Of a DNA stretch of 64,000 bases, positions 10,652-21,500 are shown piece by piece. The notes below the pieces were generated by a model, which saw only the letters and a program-made list of their open reading frames with translations, did not search any database and had not been told where the DNA came from. The DNA is from Alphaproteobacteria bacterium (GTDB lineage Bacteria; Pseudomonadota; Alphaproteobacteria; JBKEAR01): contig JBKEAR010000019.1 in NCBI GenBank assembly GCA_047972425.1, forward strand, positions 1,298 through 65,297, in the 5' to 3' direction. Made by a program: the position numbers and the translations under genes. Every line of letters begins with the position of its first letter. Positions within the stretch are counted from its first letter, which is position 1.

Positions 10652-11980
10652 CTAACCCATCATACCAAATAATCGGGGTAGCGCAAGCGATATAGCAGGT
10701 ATATAAGTCACTAATAATAACGCAACAACCAATACGGCATAAAATGGTAAAAGCTTCGGTATAACTTCATCTAAGCGCACTTTAGCAATAGAGCTACCAA
10801 TGAATAACGCACTCCCCACAGGTGGGGTACAAATACCAATACACAAGTTAAAGGTAATGAATACACCAAAATGTACGGGGTCCATGCCTAAATCTTGGGC
10901 AATGGGTAAAAATATGGGGGTAAAGATGAGCAATGCCGGTGTCATATCCATAAATGTGCCCACAAGTAATAATACAAAGGTAATGATGAGCAGAAGCACA
11001 TATTTATTTTCGGAGAGTGATGTTAAAGAATTGGCGATAATGAATGGAATGTCGGTCATCACCATGGCAAATTGCATGCCCATAGATGTACCAATAAGCA
11101 AGAGTACAATCGAGGTGGTAATGACGGATTCTAAAATAATTTTGGGCAAATCGCCTATGCGTATTTCTTTATAAACAAAAGATAAAAACAAGGCATAAAC
11201 CACGGCGGCGGCCGAGGCCTCGGTGGGTGTAACCTTACCCGTAATAATACCGCCCATAACCAATACAATAAGCAGTAAAGAGGGGATAGCGCGGATAGTA
11301 TATTGAATAGCCGCATTAAAAGTGACTTTTTCCGCAATTGGGTAATTATGGCGCACCGCGTAAATACCGGCAACCAACATAAGGCCTAAGCCCATGATAA
11401 TACCCGGTAAATAGCCGGCCAAAAATAATGCCCCAACCGATGTACCGCCCGAAACAAGCGAGTAAACAATAAATGTGTTTGATGGCGGAATAAGCAACCC
11501 TGTTGGGCAAGATGAAATATTGACTGCGGCCGAAAATGCAGGCTCGTAACCCTCCTTTTTTTGCAAGGGTGCCATAACCCCGCCAACGGCTGCGGCCGAT
11601 GCAACGGCCGAGCCCGAAATAGCACCAAAAAGCATATTAGATGCAATATTACAATGGGCAAGGCTACCGGGCATACGGCCAACCAAAACTTTAGCAAAGT
11701 CGATAAGGCGGGTGGCAATACCGCCGCTATTCATTATATTACCCGCCAATATAAAAAACGGTATGGCTAAAAGCGGAAAACTATCTAAGCCTGATGCCAT
11801 GCGTTGGGCTAAGGTAAAGGTACTTTCATCTAACGCCACCGGAAGTGGTGTACCAAATACCATATTCGCCGCAACTAAAGCGATAACCGAGGATAAACCA
11901 ATAGCAAACGAAATGGGCACACCCAAGGCCAAAAATATGGCAAAGCTACCGAATAAAGCGATAATTCCAATCCATTCCAT
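10652..11980 (-). CDS. TRAP transporter large permease (DctM family)
   Basis: 442 aa polytopic membrane protein, DctM-like. Confidence 0.85.
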   Translation of the reverse strand: MEWIGIIALFGSFAIFLALGVPISFAIGLSSVIALVAANMVFGTPLPVALDESTFTLAQRMASGLDSFPLLAIPFFILAGNIMNSGGIATRLIDFAKVLVGRMPGSLAHCNIASNMLFGAISGSAVASAAAVGGVMAPLQKKEGYEPAFSAAVNISSCPTGLLIPPSNTFIVYSLVSGGTSVGALFLAGYLPGIIMGLGLMLVAGIYAVRHNYPIAEKVTFNAAIQYTIRAIPSLLLIVLVMGGIITGKVTPTEASAAAVVYALFLSFVYKEIRIGDLPKIILESVITTSIVLLLIGTSMGMQFAMVMTDIPFIIANSLTSLSENKYVLLLIITFVLLLVGTFMDMTPALLIFTPIFLPIAQDLGMDPVHFGVFITFNLCIGICTPPVGSALFIGSSIAKVRLDEVIPKLLPFYAVLVVALLLVTYIPAISLALPRLFGMMG

Positions 11981-12444
11981 TAGGCTTCTCCTCTAAAAAA
12001 CTCGATATATTGGCAAATGAGGTAAAAAATCATAAACCCGCCGCTTACCGGGATGGATAAATATATAAAACCCATTGGCACGCCCAATACCGGTGAAATT
12101 TGTTGCGATGCTAAAGTATCTGATACCAAAGTGATACCGCCCAACATCATGACAAGTAAAACAAAAATAAGGCTTAAAGTTAAAATGATAAACTGAAGGT
12201 GCTTTTTGTTTTTTCCGTGGAGTTTTTGTAACAGTAAATCAAGAGCCAAATGGCGCTTTTGCCCTAATGTATAGGCAGCTCCAATCAGCCCTGTCCACAT
12301 AAATAAAAACCGTGCAAGCTCATCGGTAAATGTACTGCTTATGCCAATCCAACGGGCTAAAACCTGCCAAATTACACAAATGACCAAAAAGCTCATAATA
12401 AAGATACACAGGCTTGCTAATATTTTATTGACCCATTTTTCCAT
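11980..12444 (-). CDS. TRAP transporter small permease (DctQ family)
   Basis: 154 aa, 4 TM, stop overlaps dctM start. Confidence 0.8.
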   Translation of the reverse strand: MEKWVNKILASLCIFIMSFLVICVIWQVLARWIGISSTFTDELARFLFMWTGLIGAAYTLGQKRHLALDLLLQKLHGKNKKHLQFIILTLSLIFVLLVMMLGGITLVSDTLASQQISPVLGVPMGFIYLSIPVSGGFMIFYLICQYIEFFRGEA

Positions 12445-12601
12445 GCTTCCTACCCTTTACATACAAGTATTCGTACAATAAAAGACCAATTTAAATAAAT
12501 TGTCAACCAAAATAAGAAAATTATTGACAAGTTTTAACGTTTCAGTCAATCTCTATGATAAGGTTTCACATGTTAATCAGTTTATCAAGGGAGATATTCT
12601 T

Positions 12602-13585
12602 ATGAAAATTCATAACCAAATACTTTTAGGTGCAAGTGTTTTAGCCATGGTTTCGGTAACGGCATCGGCTAAAACTTATAATTTGAAATTAAGCCATAAC
12701 CAAGGTGTTGACCACCCGGTTCACCAATCCATGGAATTTTTGGCGGAGCGTGCCAAAGAGCTTTCGAACGGCGAAATTAATGTGCGAGTTTACCCCAATG
12801 CACAGCTTGGCACACAAAGAGAATCGGTAGAGCTGATGCAAAAAGGCGTAATTGCCATGGCAAAATCGAATGCCAGTGAAATGGAGGCCTTTGAGCCTGC
12901 TTATGGTGCATTTAACGTACCTTATATCTTTCGCGATCGCGACCATTATTACCGCGCAATGACCGGCCAAGTGGGCGAGGATATCTTAGCGGCATCGGCC
13001 GATAAAGGATTTATTGGTTTAACTTATTACGATGCCGGTGCCCGTAGCTTTTATGCCAATAAAGCGATTAATTCACCTGCTGATTTAAAAGGAATGAAAA
13101 TTCGGGTGCAACCGAGCCCTACAGCCATTGCAATGATTGAAGCGATGGGTGGCAACCCAACACCGCTGGCATATGGCGAGCTTTATACCGCCTTACAACA
13201 AGGTGTGGTTGATGGTGCAGAAAATAACCCGACGGCCTTAACCCAATCGCGCCATGGCGAGGTTGCTAAAGTATTTTCGATGGACGAACATACGATGATT
13301 CCCGATGTATTGCTCATTAGCAAAAAACAATGGGATCAGCTTGGTGAAGAAAATCAAAAATTACTCAAACAAGCCGCTAATGAATCCATGATGTATCACA
13401 AAGATTTATGGACAAAAATTATTGCAGAAGATATAGAAAAAGCCAAAACAGAAATGGGTGTTGAATTTGTAGAAGTTGAAAAACAGCCTTTTATTGATGC
13501 GGTTAAACATATGCATGAAGATGCCTTGGCTAATCCGGCTATTCAAACTTATGTTGAGGGTATTATTGCTTTAGATCAGCAATAA
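12602..13585 (+). CDS. TRAP transporter substrate-binding protein (DctP family), probably hexuronate-binding
   Basis: Start moved to MKIHNQILLGASVLAMVSVTASA (signal peptide, SD gggag 8 nt upstream); DctP-family sequence; divergent from dctQM-uxaC. Confidence 0.85.
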   Translation: MKIHNQILLGASVLAMVSVTASAKTYNLKLSHNQGVDHPVHQSMEFLAERAKELSNGEINVRVYPNAQLGTQRESVELMQKGVIAMAKSNASEMEAFEPAYGAFNVPYIFRDRDHYYRAMTGQVGEDILAASADKGFIGLTYYDAGARSFYANKAINSPADLKGMKIRVQPSPTAIAMIEAMGGNPTPLAYGELYTALQQGVVDGAENNPTALTQSRHGEVAKVFSMDEHTMIPDVLLISKKQWDQLGEENQKLLKQAANESMMYHKDLWTKIIAEDIEKAKTEMGVEFVEVEKQPFIDAVKHMHEDALANPAIQTYVEGIIALDQQ

Positions 13586-13666
13586 ATTATAACAAAACAA
13601 AAGTCTATCTAAATAGCCCACAGCTTTAAAAGAAGGCTTTGGGCTATTTTTATAAAGGAATATAAA

Positions 13667-15445
13667 ATGGCTGAAGATGTCTATTTTCACCTCCATGACG
13701 AAGATTATGATTATGCTTATATGCAAAATCTTTTTACAGCGGATGATTTTATTTTTTCGCGGTACAGAAAATCGGTAAGTTTAAATGGTGCATGGAATTT
13801 TACCGTTGATTTGCACGATGAAGGTTTAAGGCAAAAATGGTATAATTATCACCCGTGTGCGCCAAAAGATTGGCCAGACCCCAGAGATTACGACCCTTAT
13901 ATGGGCGAGCAAATTATGGTGCCATCGGTATGGAATTTTTATCAGGAAAAACTCTATTATTTCGAGGGTAGTGCTTGGTATACCAAAATTATTCAAACAA
14001 AAGATATTCCATTTAGCACAAATTATATTTTACGCATTGGCGCAGCAGCAAATGAGGCTTTTGTTTTTATTAACGGGCAAATACAAGGTTTTCATAAAGG
14101 AGCCTCTACACCGTTTTTTTGTGATATAACCGAGTTTATGAAATCGGATGAAATACGCATACAGATTGTTGTACGAAATATGCGCCGCCGTCAAGATGTA
14201 CCAATGAACCATACAGATTGGTTTAATTATGGTGGTATTCATCGTGATGCGGATATTTTGCTTTTACCTGCCGCTTTTATTAAAAATTATTTTTTACATT
14301 TAAATAAAGATAGCCAATCAGCAACCATTAAGGTACAAACCAATGATTTGCTTGATGGTATTGCCCATTTAAATATTGATGAATTGGGTTGCTCTATCCC
14401 AATACCGATAAAACAGGGGCAAGGTGAAGTGCAATTTGATATAAATGCCCAAAAATGGTCGCCCAAAAATCCGAAATTATATGAAATATCTATTGAATAT
14501 AAAGATGATAAAATAAGTGATAAAGTGGGCTTTCGCACCATAGAGGCTAAAGGATGCGATATTTTACTCAATGGAGAGAAAATCTTTTTAAAAGGTATTT
14601 CTGTTCATGAAGATGATGAAAAATTAGGGCGTGTGAGTACAATTGAGGATATTAAGCGCCGGATTAGTCATGCCAAAGAGCTGGGTTGTAACTTTTTACG
14701 TTTGGCCCATTATCCCCATAATGAATTAGCAGCCGAATTATGCGATGCTGCCGGTTTGATGGTATGGGAGGAAATTCCGGTTTACTGGGCGATTGCCTTT
14801 GATAATGCCGATACGCTAAAAAATGCGCAAAATCAATTAAGAGAGCTGATTATACGCGACCAAAACCGTGCGAGTGTGATTATGTGGTCGGTGGGCAATG
14901 AAAATGCCGATACCGATTTACGGCTAAATTTCATGCGTCAGTTGGCCGAAACTGCTAAAAAACTAGATGATACACGTTTAGTTACAGCTGCATGTTTAGT
15001 GAATTTTGATGAACTCAAAATACAAGATCGTTTGAGTGAATATCTCGATGTCATTGGTTTAAATGAATATTATGGTTGGTATATCCCGACCTATGATGAT
15101 TTAATTACCATTGGTAAAAATTCTAAACCCGGTAAACCAGTCATTATTTCCGAAACAGGGGCGGGGGCAATATTAGGCAAAGATGCCCCCAAACAAGGTT
15201 GGTTTAGCGATGATTATATGGCCGAGGTTTATAAAAACCAAACAGCTATTATTCCTTCGGTGCCGGGTATTTGTGGGATGACACCTTGGATTTTATACGA
15301 TTTTCGGGCAGCGAGGCGGCAGAATATTTATCAAAAAGATTTTAATCGTAAAGGGCTTATCACCCAAGATAAAACAACAAAAAAACAGGCTTTTGATATA
15401 TTGGCCAATTTTTATAAAAATTTAGATAACAAACATAGTAAATAA
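13667..15445 (+). CDS. uidA: beta-glucuronidase (GH2)
   Basis: 592 aa; aligns with E. coli GUS motifs (FNYGGIHR, LAHYPH, MWSVGNE catalytic acid, NEYYGWY, ISETG nucleophile). Confidence 0.8.
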   Translation: MAEDVYFHLHDEDYDYAYMQNLFTADDFIFSRYRKSVSLNGAWNFTVDLHDEGLRQKWYNYHPCAPKDWPDPRDYDPYMGEQIMVPSVWNFYQEKLYYFEGSAWYTKIIQTKDIPFSTNYILRIGAAANEAFVFINGQIQGFHKGASTPFFCDITEFMKSDEIRIQIVVRNMRRRQDVPMNHTDWFNYGGIHRDADILLLPAAFIKNYFLHLNKDSQSATIKVQTNDLLDGIAHLNIDELGCSIPIPIKQGQGEVQFDINAQKWSPKNPKLYEISIEYKDDKISDKVGFRTIEAKGCDILLNGEKIFLKGISVHEDDEKLGRVSTIEDIKRRISHAKELGCNFLRLAHYPHNELAAELCDAAGLMVWEEIPVYWAIAFDNADTLKNAQNQLRELIIRDQNRASVIMWSVGNENADTDLRLNFMRQLAETAKKLDDTRLVTAACLVNFDELKIQDRLSEYLDVIGLNEYYGWYIPTYDDLITIGKNSKPGKPVIISETGAGAILGKDAPKQGWFSDDYMAEVYKNQTAIIPSVPGICGMTPWILYDFRAARRQNIYQKDFNRKGLITQDKTTKKQAFDILANFYKNLDNKHSK

Positions 15446-15502
15446 ATTGGTTAATCAGTTATGGCGGTATAATAAAACCAATATAGAAGAAAGGGGAATA
15501 AA

Positions 15503-16684
15503 ATGAAGCAATCGTGGCGCTGGTTTGGTAAGGATGATCCGGTAACATTACAAAAAATTAAACAAGCAGGTGCAACCGATGTTGTTTATGCACTATACCA
15601 TATTCCGGTGGGTAAGGTATGGCCCTATGAAGAAATTAAGGCAATGAAAGACGAAATTGAGGCTCAGGGTCTTGTTTGGTCGGTGGTAGAAAGCTTAGCC
15701 GTGCATCAGGATATTCGCCTAAAAACAGGCAATTACAAGCAATATCTCGAAAATTATAAGCAGTCGCTTAAAAACTTAGCCAAAGCAGATATCCGGATTA
15801 TTTGTTACAACTTTATGCCCGTATTGGATTGGACCCGCACCGAGCTTAAATGGGAAGATAGCGATGGCAGCAAAGCCCTACGCTTTGATAATGATATTTG
15901 GGCGGCTTTTGATATTTTTATTTTAGAGCGCAAAAATGCCAAGGCAGATTATGATGCTGCCACGATTAAACGGGCAGAGAAACATGCTAAGCAAATGAGC
16001 GATGCCGATAAAGCCCATTTATTACAAACAGTTGCCGCCGGTTTGCCGGGGGCAAATGAAGAGGGGCATGATCTCAATAGTCTTCGCTTAGCACTTTCGG
16101 CCTATGACAATATATCAGCCGATGAGTTACGAGATAATTTATCGGATTTCATTAACGAGATTATACCCCTGTGCGAGCAAGAAAATATGTTAATGGCCAT
16201 GCACCCCGATGATCCACCGCGCTCTATTTTGGGCTTGCCACGCATATTCAGTACAGCGGATGATGTGCGCAAACTTTTTGCCATGAATAAAAGCAAAAGT
16301 AACGGGCTAACTTTATGTGCGGGCTCTTTTGGTGTGCGTGCAGATAACGATTTAACCCAAATGGCTTATGAATTTGCCGATCGCATTCACTTTGTTCATT
16401 TACGCTCCACTTTGCGCGATAAAGATAACCAAAATTCCTTTATTGAAGCCAATCATTTAGCGGGCGATGTGGATATGTTTAGTCTTTGTAAAGCCCTTAC
16501 CGAGGTAGAAAAACAACGCAGAGATGATGGTGAAAGCACATTAGAAATTCCGTTTCGGCCAGACCACGGCCGGCTATTAGATGGCGATGACGAAAAAAAT
16601 CCGGGATATTCATGGATAGGCCGGCTTAAAGGCCTTGCAGAATTAAGAGGATTACTTTATGCTATCAACCGAGTTTATCCATAA
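15503..16684 (+). CDS. uxuA: mannonate dehydratase
   Basis: 393 aa; MKQSWRWFGKDDPVTL...ATDVV matches the UxuA N-terminus. Confidence 0.9.
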   Translation: MKQSWRWFGKDDPVTLQKIKQAGATDVVYALYHIPVGKVWPYEEIKAMKDEIEAQGLVWSVVESLAVHQDIRLKTGNYKQYLENYKQSLKNLAKADIRIICYNFMPVLDWTRTELKWEDSDGSKALRFDNDIWAAFDIFILERKNAKADYDAATIKRAEKHAKQMSDADKAHLLQTVAAGLPGANEEGHDLNSLRLALSAYDNISADELRDNLSDFINEIIPLCEQENMLMAMHPDDPPRSILGLPRIFSTADDVRKLFAMNKSKSNGLTLCAGSFGVRADNDLTQMAYEFADRIHFVHLRSTLRDKDNQNSFIEANHLAGDVDMFSLCKALTEVEKQRRDDGESTLEIPFRPDHGRLLDGDDEKNPGYSWIGRLKGLAELRGLLYAINRVYP

Positions 16685-16696
16685 GGGGAGGATAAT

Positions 16697-18175
16697 ATGC
16701 AATTAAATCAACAGAGTTTAAATCAATTACCGTCCGAAATCATTCGGCCAAACGATAATGTTAACCAAGCAAAAATTGGTATTTTACATTTGGGTTTAGG
16801 TAACTTTTATCGGGCGCATCAATGTGCATTTACCCAGCATTGCGTTGCGCAAACAGGCGATGATTGGGCTTATGTTGCCGCAACAATGTCTTCGCCACGG
16901 GTGATAAACGCCTTAAAAGAACAAGATTTTCTTTATACACATATCGCCCATAGCAGCAAGCAAACCAAAGCCGAGATTATTCATATTATTAAAGATGCCG
17001 TTTTAGTTAAAAATGAAATTGAGCGCTTTTTTGATTATATTCAAGATGAAAATATTGTGATTGTTAGCCTAACCATTACCGAAAAAGGCTATTATTACGA
17101 AGGCGCAACGGGGGATTTACAGGTTGATCACCCTGATATTCAGGCGGATTTAAAAAATGATAAACAACCCAAAACTGCTATTGGTGCCCTTGTTTTAGGG
17201 TTACAAAAACGCAAAGAATCCTTAGGCAAAGGGTTAACGATTTTAAGCTGCGATAATTTACCCAATAATGGCGAGGTTACCCAAAAAGTTATCTTGCAAT
17301 ATGCGGCACAAATTGATGCGGGTTTAAAAGATTGGATTAGCCAAAATGTTACCTTCCCCAGTTCTATGGTGGATCGCATTACGCCACATGTAACCGATAA
17401 TGACTTAAAATGGGTAGAAGAAACCTATGGTTATTCCGATGCTATCCCCATACAAACCGAAGATTTTAGCCAATGGGTAATAGAAGATAATTTTATTTAT
17501 GGTCGACCCAAATGGGAAATTGCCGGTGCCGAAATGGTAGCTGATGTTAGTGCGTTTGAGGATATGAAGCTTCGGCTATTAAATGGCACACATTCTACAA
17601 TGGCCTATTTGGGATATTTGGCTGGCTTTAGAGTGATTGACGCCGTGATAGATAATGCTGTTTTTGCGCAATTTATTCGCGATATGATGGATAATGAAAT
17701 TACACCCACCTTAAATATGCCCGAAAATGTGGATGTAACCGCCTATAAAGATGCACTTATTCAGCGCTATAAAAACCCCAATTTAAAACATTCTACTTAT
17801 CAAATTGCCATGGATGGTTCGCAAAAGATTCCACAGCGCATTATGAATACGCTCAAACATCAATATCAAACCCAAGGGGATTATGAGCGTTTAATTACGG
17901 CTTTAGCTGGTTGGATATATTATATTGAGGCTACAGCTAACCCGAATGCAGCTTATGAAGTGCAAGACCCGATGAAAGATGAATTTAGCCGCCTTGCCGG
18001 AGTATCGGGTAGCGATGCCGAATTTGTCCGCAATATTTTATCGATACAAAAAATCTTTGGTGATTATTTTACCCAACATGCGGATTTAATGGAAAAAATT
18101 ACTTTGCGCCACCAAGCTTTAAAAGATCAGGGCGTTTTAACTGTTTTGCAAGAGATTAATATAGGAGAAAATTAA
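16697..18175 (+). CDS. uxuB: fructuronate reductase / D-mannonate oxidoreductase (mannitol dehydrogenase family)
   Basis: 492 aa mannitol-DH family; sits between uxuA and kdgK. Confidence 0.8.
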   Translation: MQLNQQSLNQLPSEIIRPNDNVNQAKIGILHLGLGNFYRAHQCAFTQHCVAQTGDDWAYVAATMSSPRVINALKEQDFLYTHIAHSSKQTKAEIIHIIKDAVLVKNEIERFFDYIQDENIVIVSLTITEKGYYYEGATGDLQVDHPDIQADLKNDKQPKTAIGALVLGLQKRKESLGKGLTILSCDNLPNNGEVTQKVILQYAAQIDAGLKDWISQNVTFPSSMVDRITPHVTDNDLKWVEETYGYSDAIPIQTEDFSQWVIEDNFIYGRPKWEIAGAEMVADVSAFEDMKLRLLNGTHSTMAYLGYLAGFRVIDAVIDNAVFAQFIRDMMDNEITPTLNMPENVDVTAYKDALIQRYKNPNLKHSTYQIAMDGSQKIPQRIMNTLKHQYQTQGDYERLITALAGWIYYIEATANPNAAYEVQDPMKDEFSRLAGVSGSDAEFVRNILSIQKIFGDYFTQHADLMEKITLRHQALKDQGVLTVLQEINIGEN

Positions 18176-18177
18176 TA

Positions 18178-19089
18178 ATGGCAGATTTAATTTGTTTGGG
18201 TGAGGCGATGGTTGAGCTTAACCAGCAAACAAATGGGCAATATGCTCAAGGCTTTGGGGGCGATACCTCTAACTGTGCAGTTGCCGCTGCCCGTGCGGGT
18301 GCTAATGTAGAAGCCATTGGTGCTTTGGGGCAAGATTTTTTTGGGCAACAGATATCGGATTTATGGCAAACAGAAAATATTGCCAACCAAAATATCTATC
18401 GCGATAGTACCAACCCAACGGGGCTATATTTGGTTACCCATGATGATGCAGGGCATCATTTTCATTATTACCGCAAAGGTTCGGCTGCTAGCCTTTATGG
18501 GGCGGATCAATTGCCGAAAGACGCGATTAAAAATGCCAAAATCCTCCATGTTTCGGGTATTTCCCTTGCAATTAGCGATATTGCTTGCAAGGCCGTTTAT
18601 GCCGCCATTGAGGTTGCTAAAGATAATGGGGTTGCCGTTTCTTTTGATACCAATTTGCGTTTAAAATTATGGCCGTTAAGCAAGGCGCAACGGGTGATTA
18701 ATGATGTTGCTGCTATGGCTGATTATCTATTGCCGGGCTTAGATGATGCCCAATTATTGACTAACTTAGAAACATCGGAGGATATTTGCGCATATTACCA
18801 TGATTTGGGAACAAAAAATATTGCCCTCACTTTAGGAGCCGAGGGTGTATATCTATCGCAAGATGGTGCAGGCCAACTCATTAACGGGCGCAAGGTTAAA
18901 GCTGTAGATGCCACAGGGGCGGGCGATACATTCGATGGTAATTTTTTAGCCCGCATTTTAGCTGGCGATAGCTTGGTAGAGGCCACCAATTATGCTAATG
19001 TTGCGGCATCTATTGCCGTGCAAGGCTATGGTGCTATTGCTCCCATGCCTACTCAAAAACAAGTGATGGAGATTATGAATGCCCAATAA
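18178..19089 (+). CDS. kdgK: 2-dehydro-3-deoxygluconokinase (PfkB family)
   Basis: 303 aa; PfkB signature DTTGAGD-like (DATGAGDTF). Confidence 0.85.
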   Translation: MADLICLGEAMVELNQQTNGQYAQGFGGDTSNCAVAAARAGANVEAIGALGQDFFGQQISDLWQTENIANQNIYRDSTNPTGLYLVTHDDAGHHFHYYRKGSAASLYGADQLPKDAIKNAKILHVSGISLAISDIACKAVYAAIEVAKDNGVAVSFDTNLRLKLWPLSKAQRVINDVAAMADYLLPGLDDAQLLTNLETSEDICAYYHDLGTKNIALTLGAEGVYLSQDGAGQLINGRKVKAVDATGAGDTFDGNFLARILAGDSLVEATNYANVAASIAVQGYGAIAPMPTQKQVMEIMNAQ

Positions 19090-19711
19090 TGTTAATGCAA
19101 TTTTATTAAAAGCCAAAGAGCTCGTGCCCGTTGTGGTGATAGACGATGCCAAAGATGCCGTGCCGCTTAGCCAAGCGATTACCAAGGCCGGCGGCAAATT
19201 TATCGAGATTACCTTGCGCACAGCTGCAGCGGTTGATGCTATTAAAAATATTAAACAACAAAACCCCGATATCATTGTGGGTGCAGGTACGGTATTATCT
19301 GTTGCCGATGCCCAAAAAGCGATTGATGCCGGTGCCGATTTTTTGGTTTCTCCGGGTTTTGATAAAGAGGTTGTGCTTTATGCACAAAAACAAAATAAGC
19401 TGATGATCCCCGGCACAATTACGCCTTCAGAGGTTCAACAAGCCATGGGCTTGGGCTTAAATTTGCTAAAATTCTTTCCGGCGCAAAATGCCGGCGGGGC
19501 AGCCATGATTAAAGCTTTTGGCAGCGTTTACCCGCATGTGATGTTTATGCCTACCGGTGGTATTAATTTACAAAATATCGGTGAATATATTGCTTGTGCA
19601 AATATCGGTTGCATTGGCGGTAGTTGGGTATGTACTAAAGAGGATATCGCCCAAGGCAAATTTGCCGATATTACCCAAAAACTGGCCGAGGCCAACCGCT
19701 TATTTAATTAG
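19079..19711 (+). CDS. eda: KDPG / KHG aldolase
   Basis: 210 aa; Eda family (EITLRT, GAGTV, FFPA); overlaps the kdgK end. Confidence 0.85.
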   Translation: MPNNVNAILLKAKELVPVVVIDDAKDAVPLSQAITKAGGKFIEITLRTAAAVDAIKNIKQQNPDIIVGAGTVLSVADAQKAIDAGADFLVSPGFDKEVVLYAQKQNKLMIPGTITPSEVQQAMGLGLNLLKFFPAQNAGGAAMIKAFGSVYPHVMFMPTGGINLQNIGEYIACANIGCIGGSWVCTKEDIAQGKFADITQKLAEANRLFN

Positions 19712-20385
19712 AAATCAAGCTGTGTATACCATTTTGCAGGGGTGCGGCTAACAACCGTTTCCTGCCAAAATGGGCGAAAGCTTGGGCGCGATTTTACAAG
19801 CACATACCATTCTTTAATACTCTCATATTTCGACCACGGAATATCCCCCGTATAATCAATAACCGATATTTGCGCGGCGGCGGCAATATCGGCCAAAGAA
19901 AATTTATCGCAAGCCAGCCAGTTATGGCGCTTTAGTAACCATTCCATATAGCTAAAATGTCGGCGTAAATTAATATATCCGGCTTGTATCGCACGGGTAT
20001 TGGGTGTGCCCTTGCCCGAAAGCTGTTTAATCACTTTTTCATTAAATAAATTTTTGGTAACTTCGTTATTAAAGTCAACGTCAAACCACCTTGTTAAACG
20101 GCGAACTTCCGCACGGATTCGCGGGTCATCATTATCCCCCAACATGGTTTCCGAATGCAACATTTCCTCGATTGTTTCACAAATAACATCATGGGCGCAA
20201 ATATATAATTTGCCCTCATCAAATTCTAAAACAGGGGTCTCCCCCGATGGGTTAATCCGTAAAAAATTATTCGGGCGATCAATAATATCCAAATCTTTCA
20301 AGGTGTAATCAAGCCCAACCTCATGCAAATAAGCGCGAACTTTGCGGCTAAAAGGGTCAAACGGGGCATGATATAAACTTTGCAT
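19708..20385 (-). CDS. glutathione S-transferase family protein
   Basis: 225 aa; N-terminal thioredoxin-like GST fold (SRKVRAYLHEVGL...PSGETPVL); convergent with eda and overlapping it by 4 nt. Confidence 0.75.
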   Translation of the reverse strand: MQSLYHAPFDPFSRKVRAYLHEVGLDYTLKDLDIIDRPNNFLRINPSGETPVLEFDEGKLYICAHDVICETIEEMLHSETMLGDNDDPRIRAEVRRLTRWFDVDFNNEVTKNLFNEKVIKQLSGKGTPNTRAIQAGYINLRRHFSYMEWLLKRHNWLACDKFSLADIAAAAQISVIDYTGDIPWSKYESIKEWYVLVKSRPSFRPFWQETVVSRTPAKWYTQLDF

Positions 20386-20469
20386 TTTGCGGTCTTTCCA
20401 TCAACTCTATTGGCTTTTTAACAAATGCATATTATCATAAAAAGGTTAACAAATAGTAGGAGCACAAAA

Positions 20470-21444
20470 ATGTATCAATATTGGTTAGTCACAGCGGCCA
20501 ACAGAAAAGCCGAACTCCGCGAGACATCTAACGAAGTTAAGCCCAAACAAGGCGAGGTGAGCGTAGAGATACAATATACAACCATGAATTATAAAGATGC
20601 CCTTGCTATATTAGGAAAACCGGGGGTTATTCGTAAATATGCCCTTGTGCCCGGCATTGATTTTTCGGGCATTGTCACCAAAAGTGAGCATGAGGATTTT
20701 AAAGCTGGCGATGAAGTTTTTACCAATGGTTTTGGTGTGGGCGAAAGCAAACATGGCGGTTTTGCTACCCAACAAATTTTTTGTGGCGATGACATTATGC
20801 ATAAACCCAAAAATTTGAGCTTAAAACAACTAATGCAAGCCGGAACAGCCGGATATACCGCGGGGCTTTGCCTTTACGATATTTTACAAATGGGCATAAC
20901 CCCCAAAGACGGCCCTTTATTTGTTAGTGGTGCTACTGGCGGCGTGGGTATGTTTGCCGTAGCTTTAGCCGCTGCTGCTGGTTTTGATGTTACGGCGATA
21001 AGCCGCAAGCATGAAGATGATATGCTTAAACGCCTAGGTGCTAAGCATATTTTAACCACCGAGCAATTTGGTATAGAAGAGCGCCCCTTAGGTAAAGAGA
21101 TGATGGCGGCTGCTATTGATTGTGTAGGGGGTGATATATTATCGAGCTTTTTAGCCCGCACAAAGCCCGAAGGCGTTGTGGCGGCCTGTGGTTTAGCCCA
21201 AAGTGCCCGCTTAACCACAAGTGTTGTGCCCTTTATTTTGCGGGGGGTAAAATTATTAGGGATTAACTCGGTAAACCAACCCAAAGAAAAACGCGCCAAA
21301 GTGTGGGAGCTGATTAGCAAGCTGGATTTTGAAAAATTTGAGGGTTATTTTACTGATATTGAACTGATAGAAGCCCAAGATGCCGCAACAAAATTGTTAT
21401 CGGGTGCACATAAGGGACGCTTTATCATTGACATGAGCCGTTAA
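20470..21444 (+). CDS. YhdH/AcuI-like NADPH-dependent oxidoreductase (MDR superfamily; acrylyl-CoA reductase family)
   Basis: Start moved to MYQYWLV (SD aggag 8 nt upstream); similarity to E. coli YhdH (NYKDALAI, PGIDFSG). Confidence 0.7.
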   Translation: MYQYWLVTAANRKAELRETSNEVKPKQGEVSVEIQYTTMNYKDALAILGKPGVIRKYALVPGIDFSGIVTKSEHEDFKAGDEVFTNGFGVGESKHGGFATQQIFCGDDIMHKPKNLSLKQLMQAGTAGYTAGLCLYDILQMGITPKDGPLFVSGATGGVGMFAVALAAAAGFDVTAISRKHEDDMLKRLGAKHILTTEQFGIEERPLGKEMMAAAIDCVGGDILSSFLARTKPEGVVAACGLAQSARLTTSVVPFILRGVKLLGINSVNQPKEKRAKVWELISKLDFEKFEGYFTDIELIEAQDAATKLLSGAHKGRFIIDMSR

Positions 21445-21500
21445 GAACAATATATAAACTTTTTATTTAAAAGTAATAATTTAATTATCAGGAGATTAAA

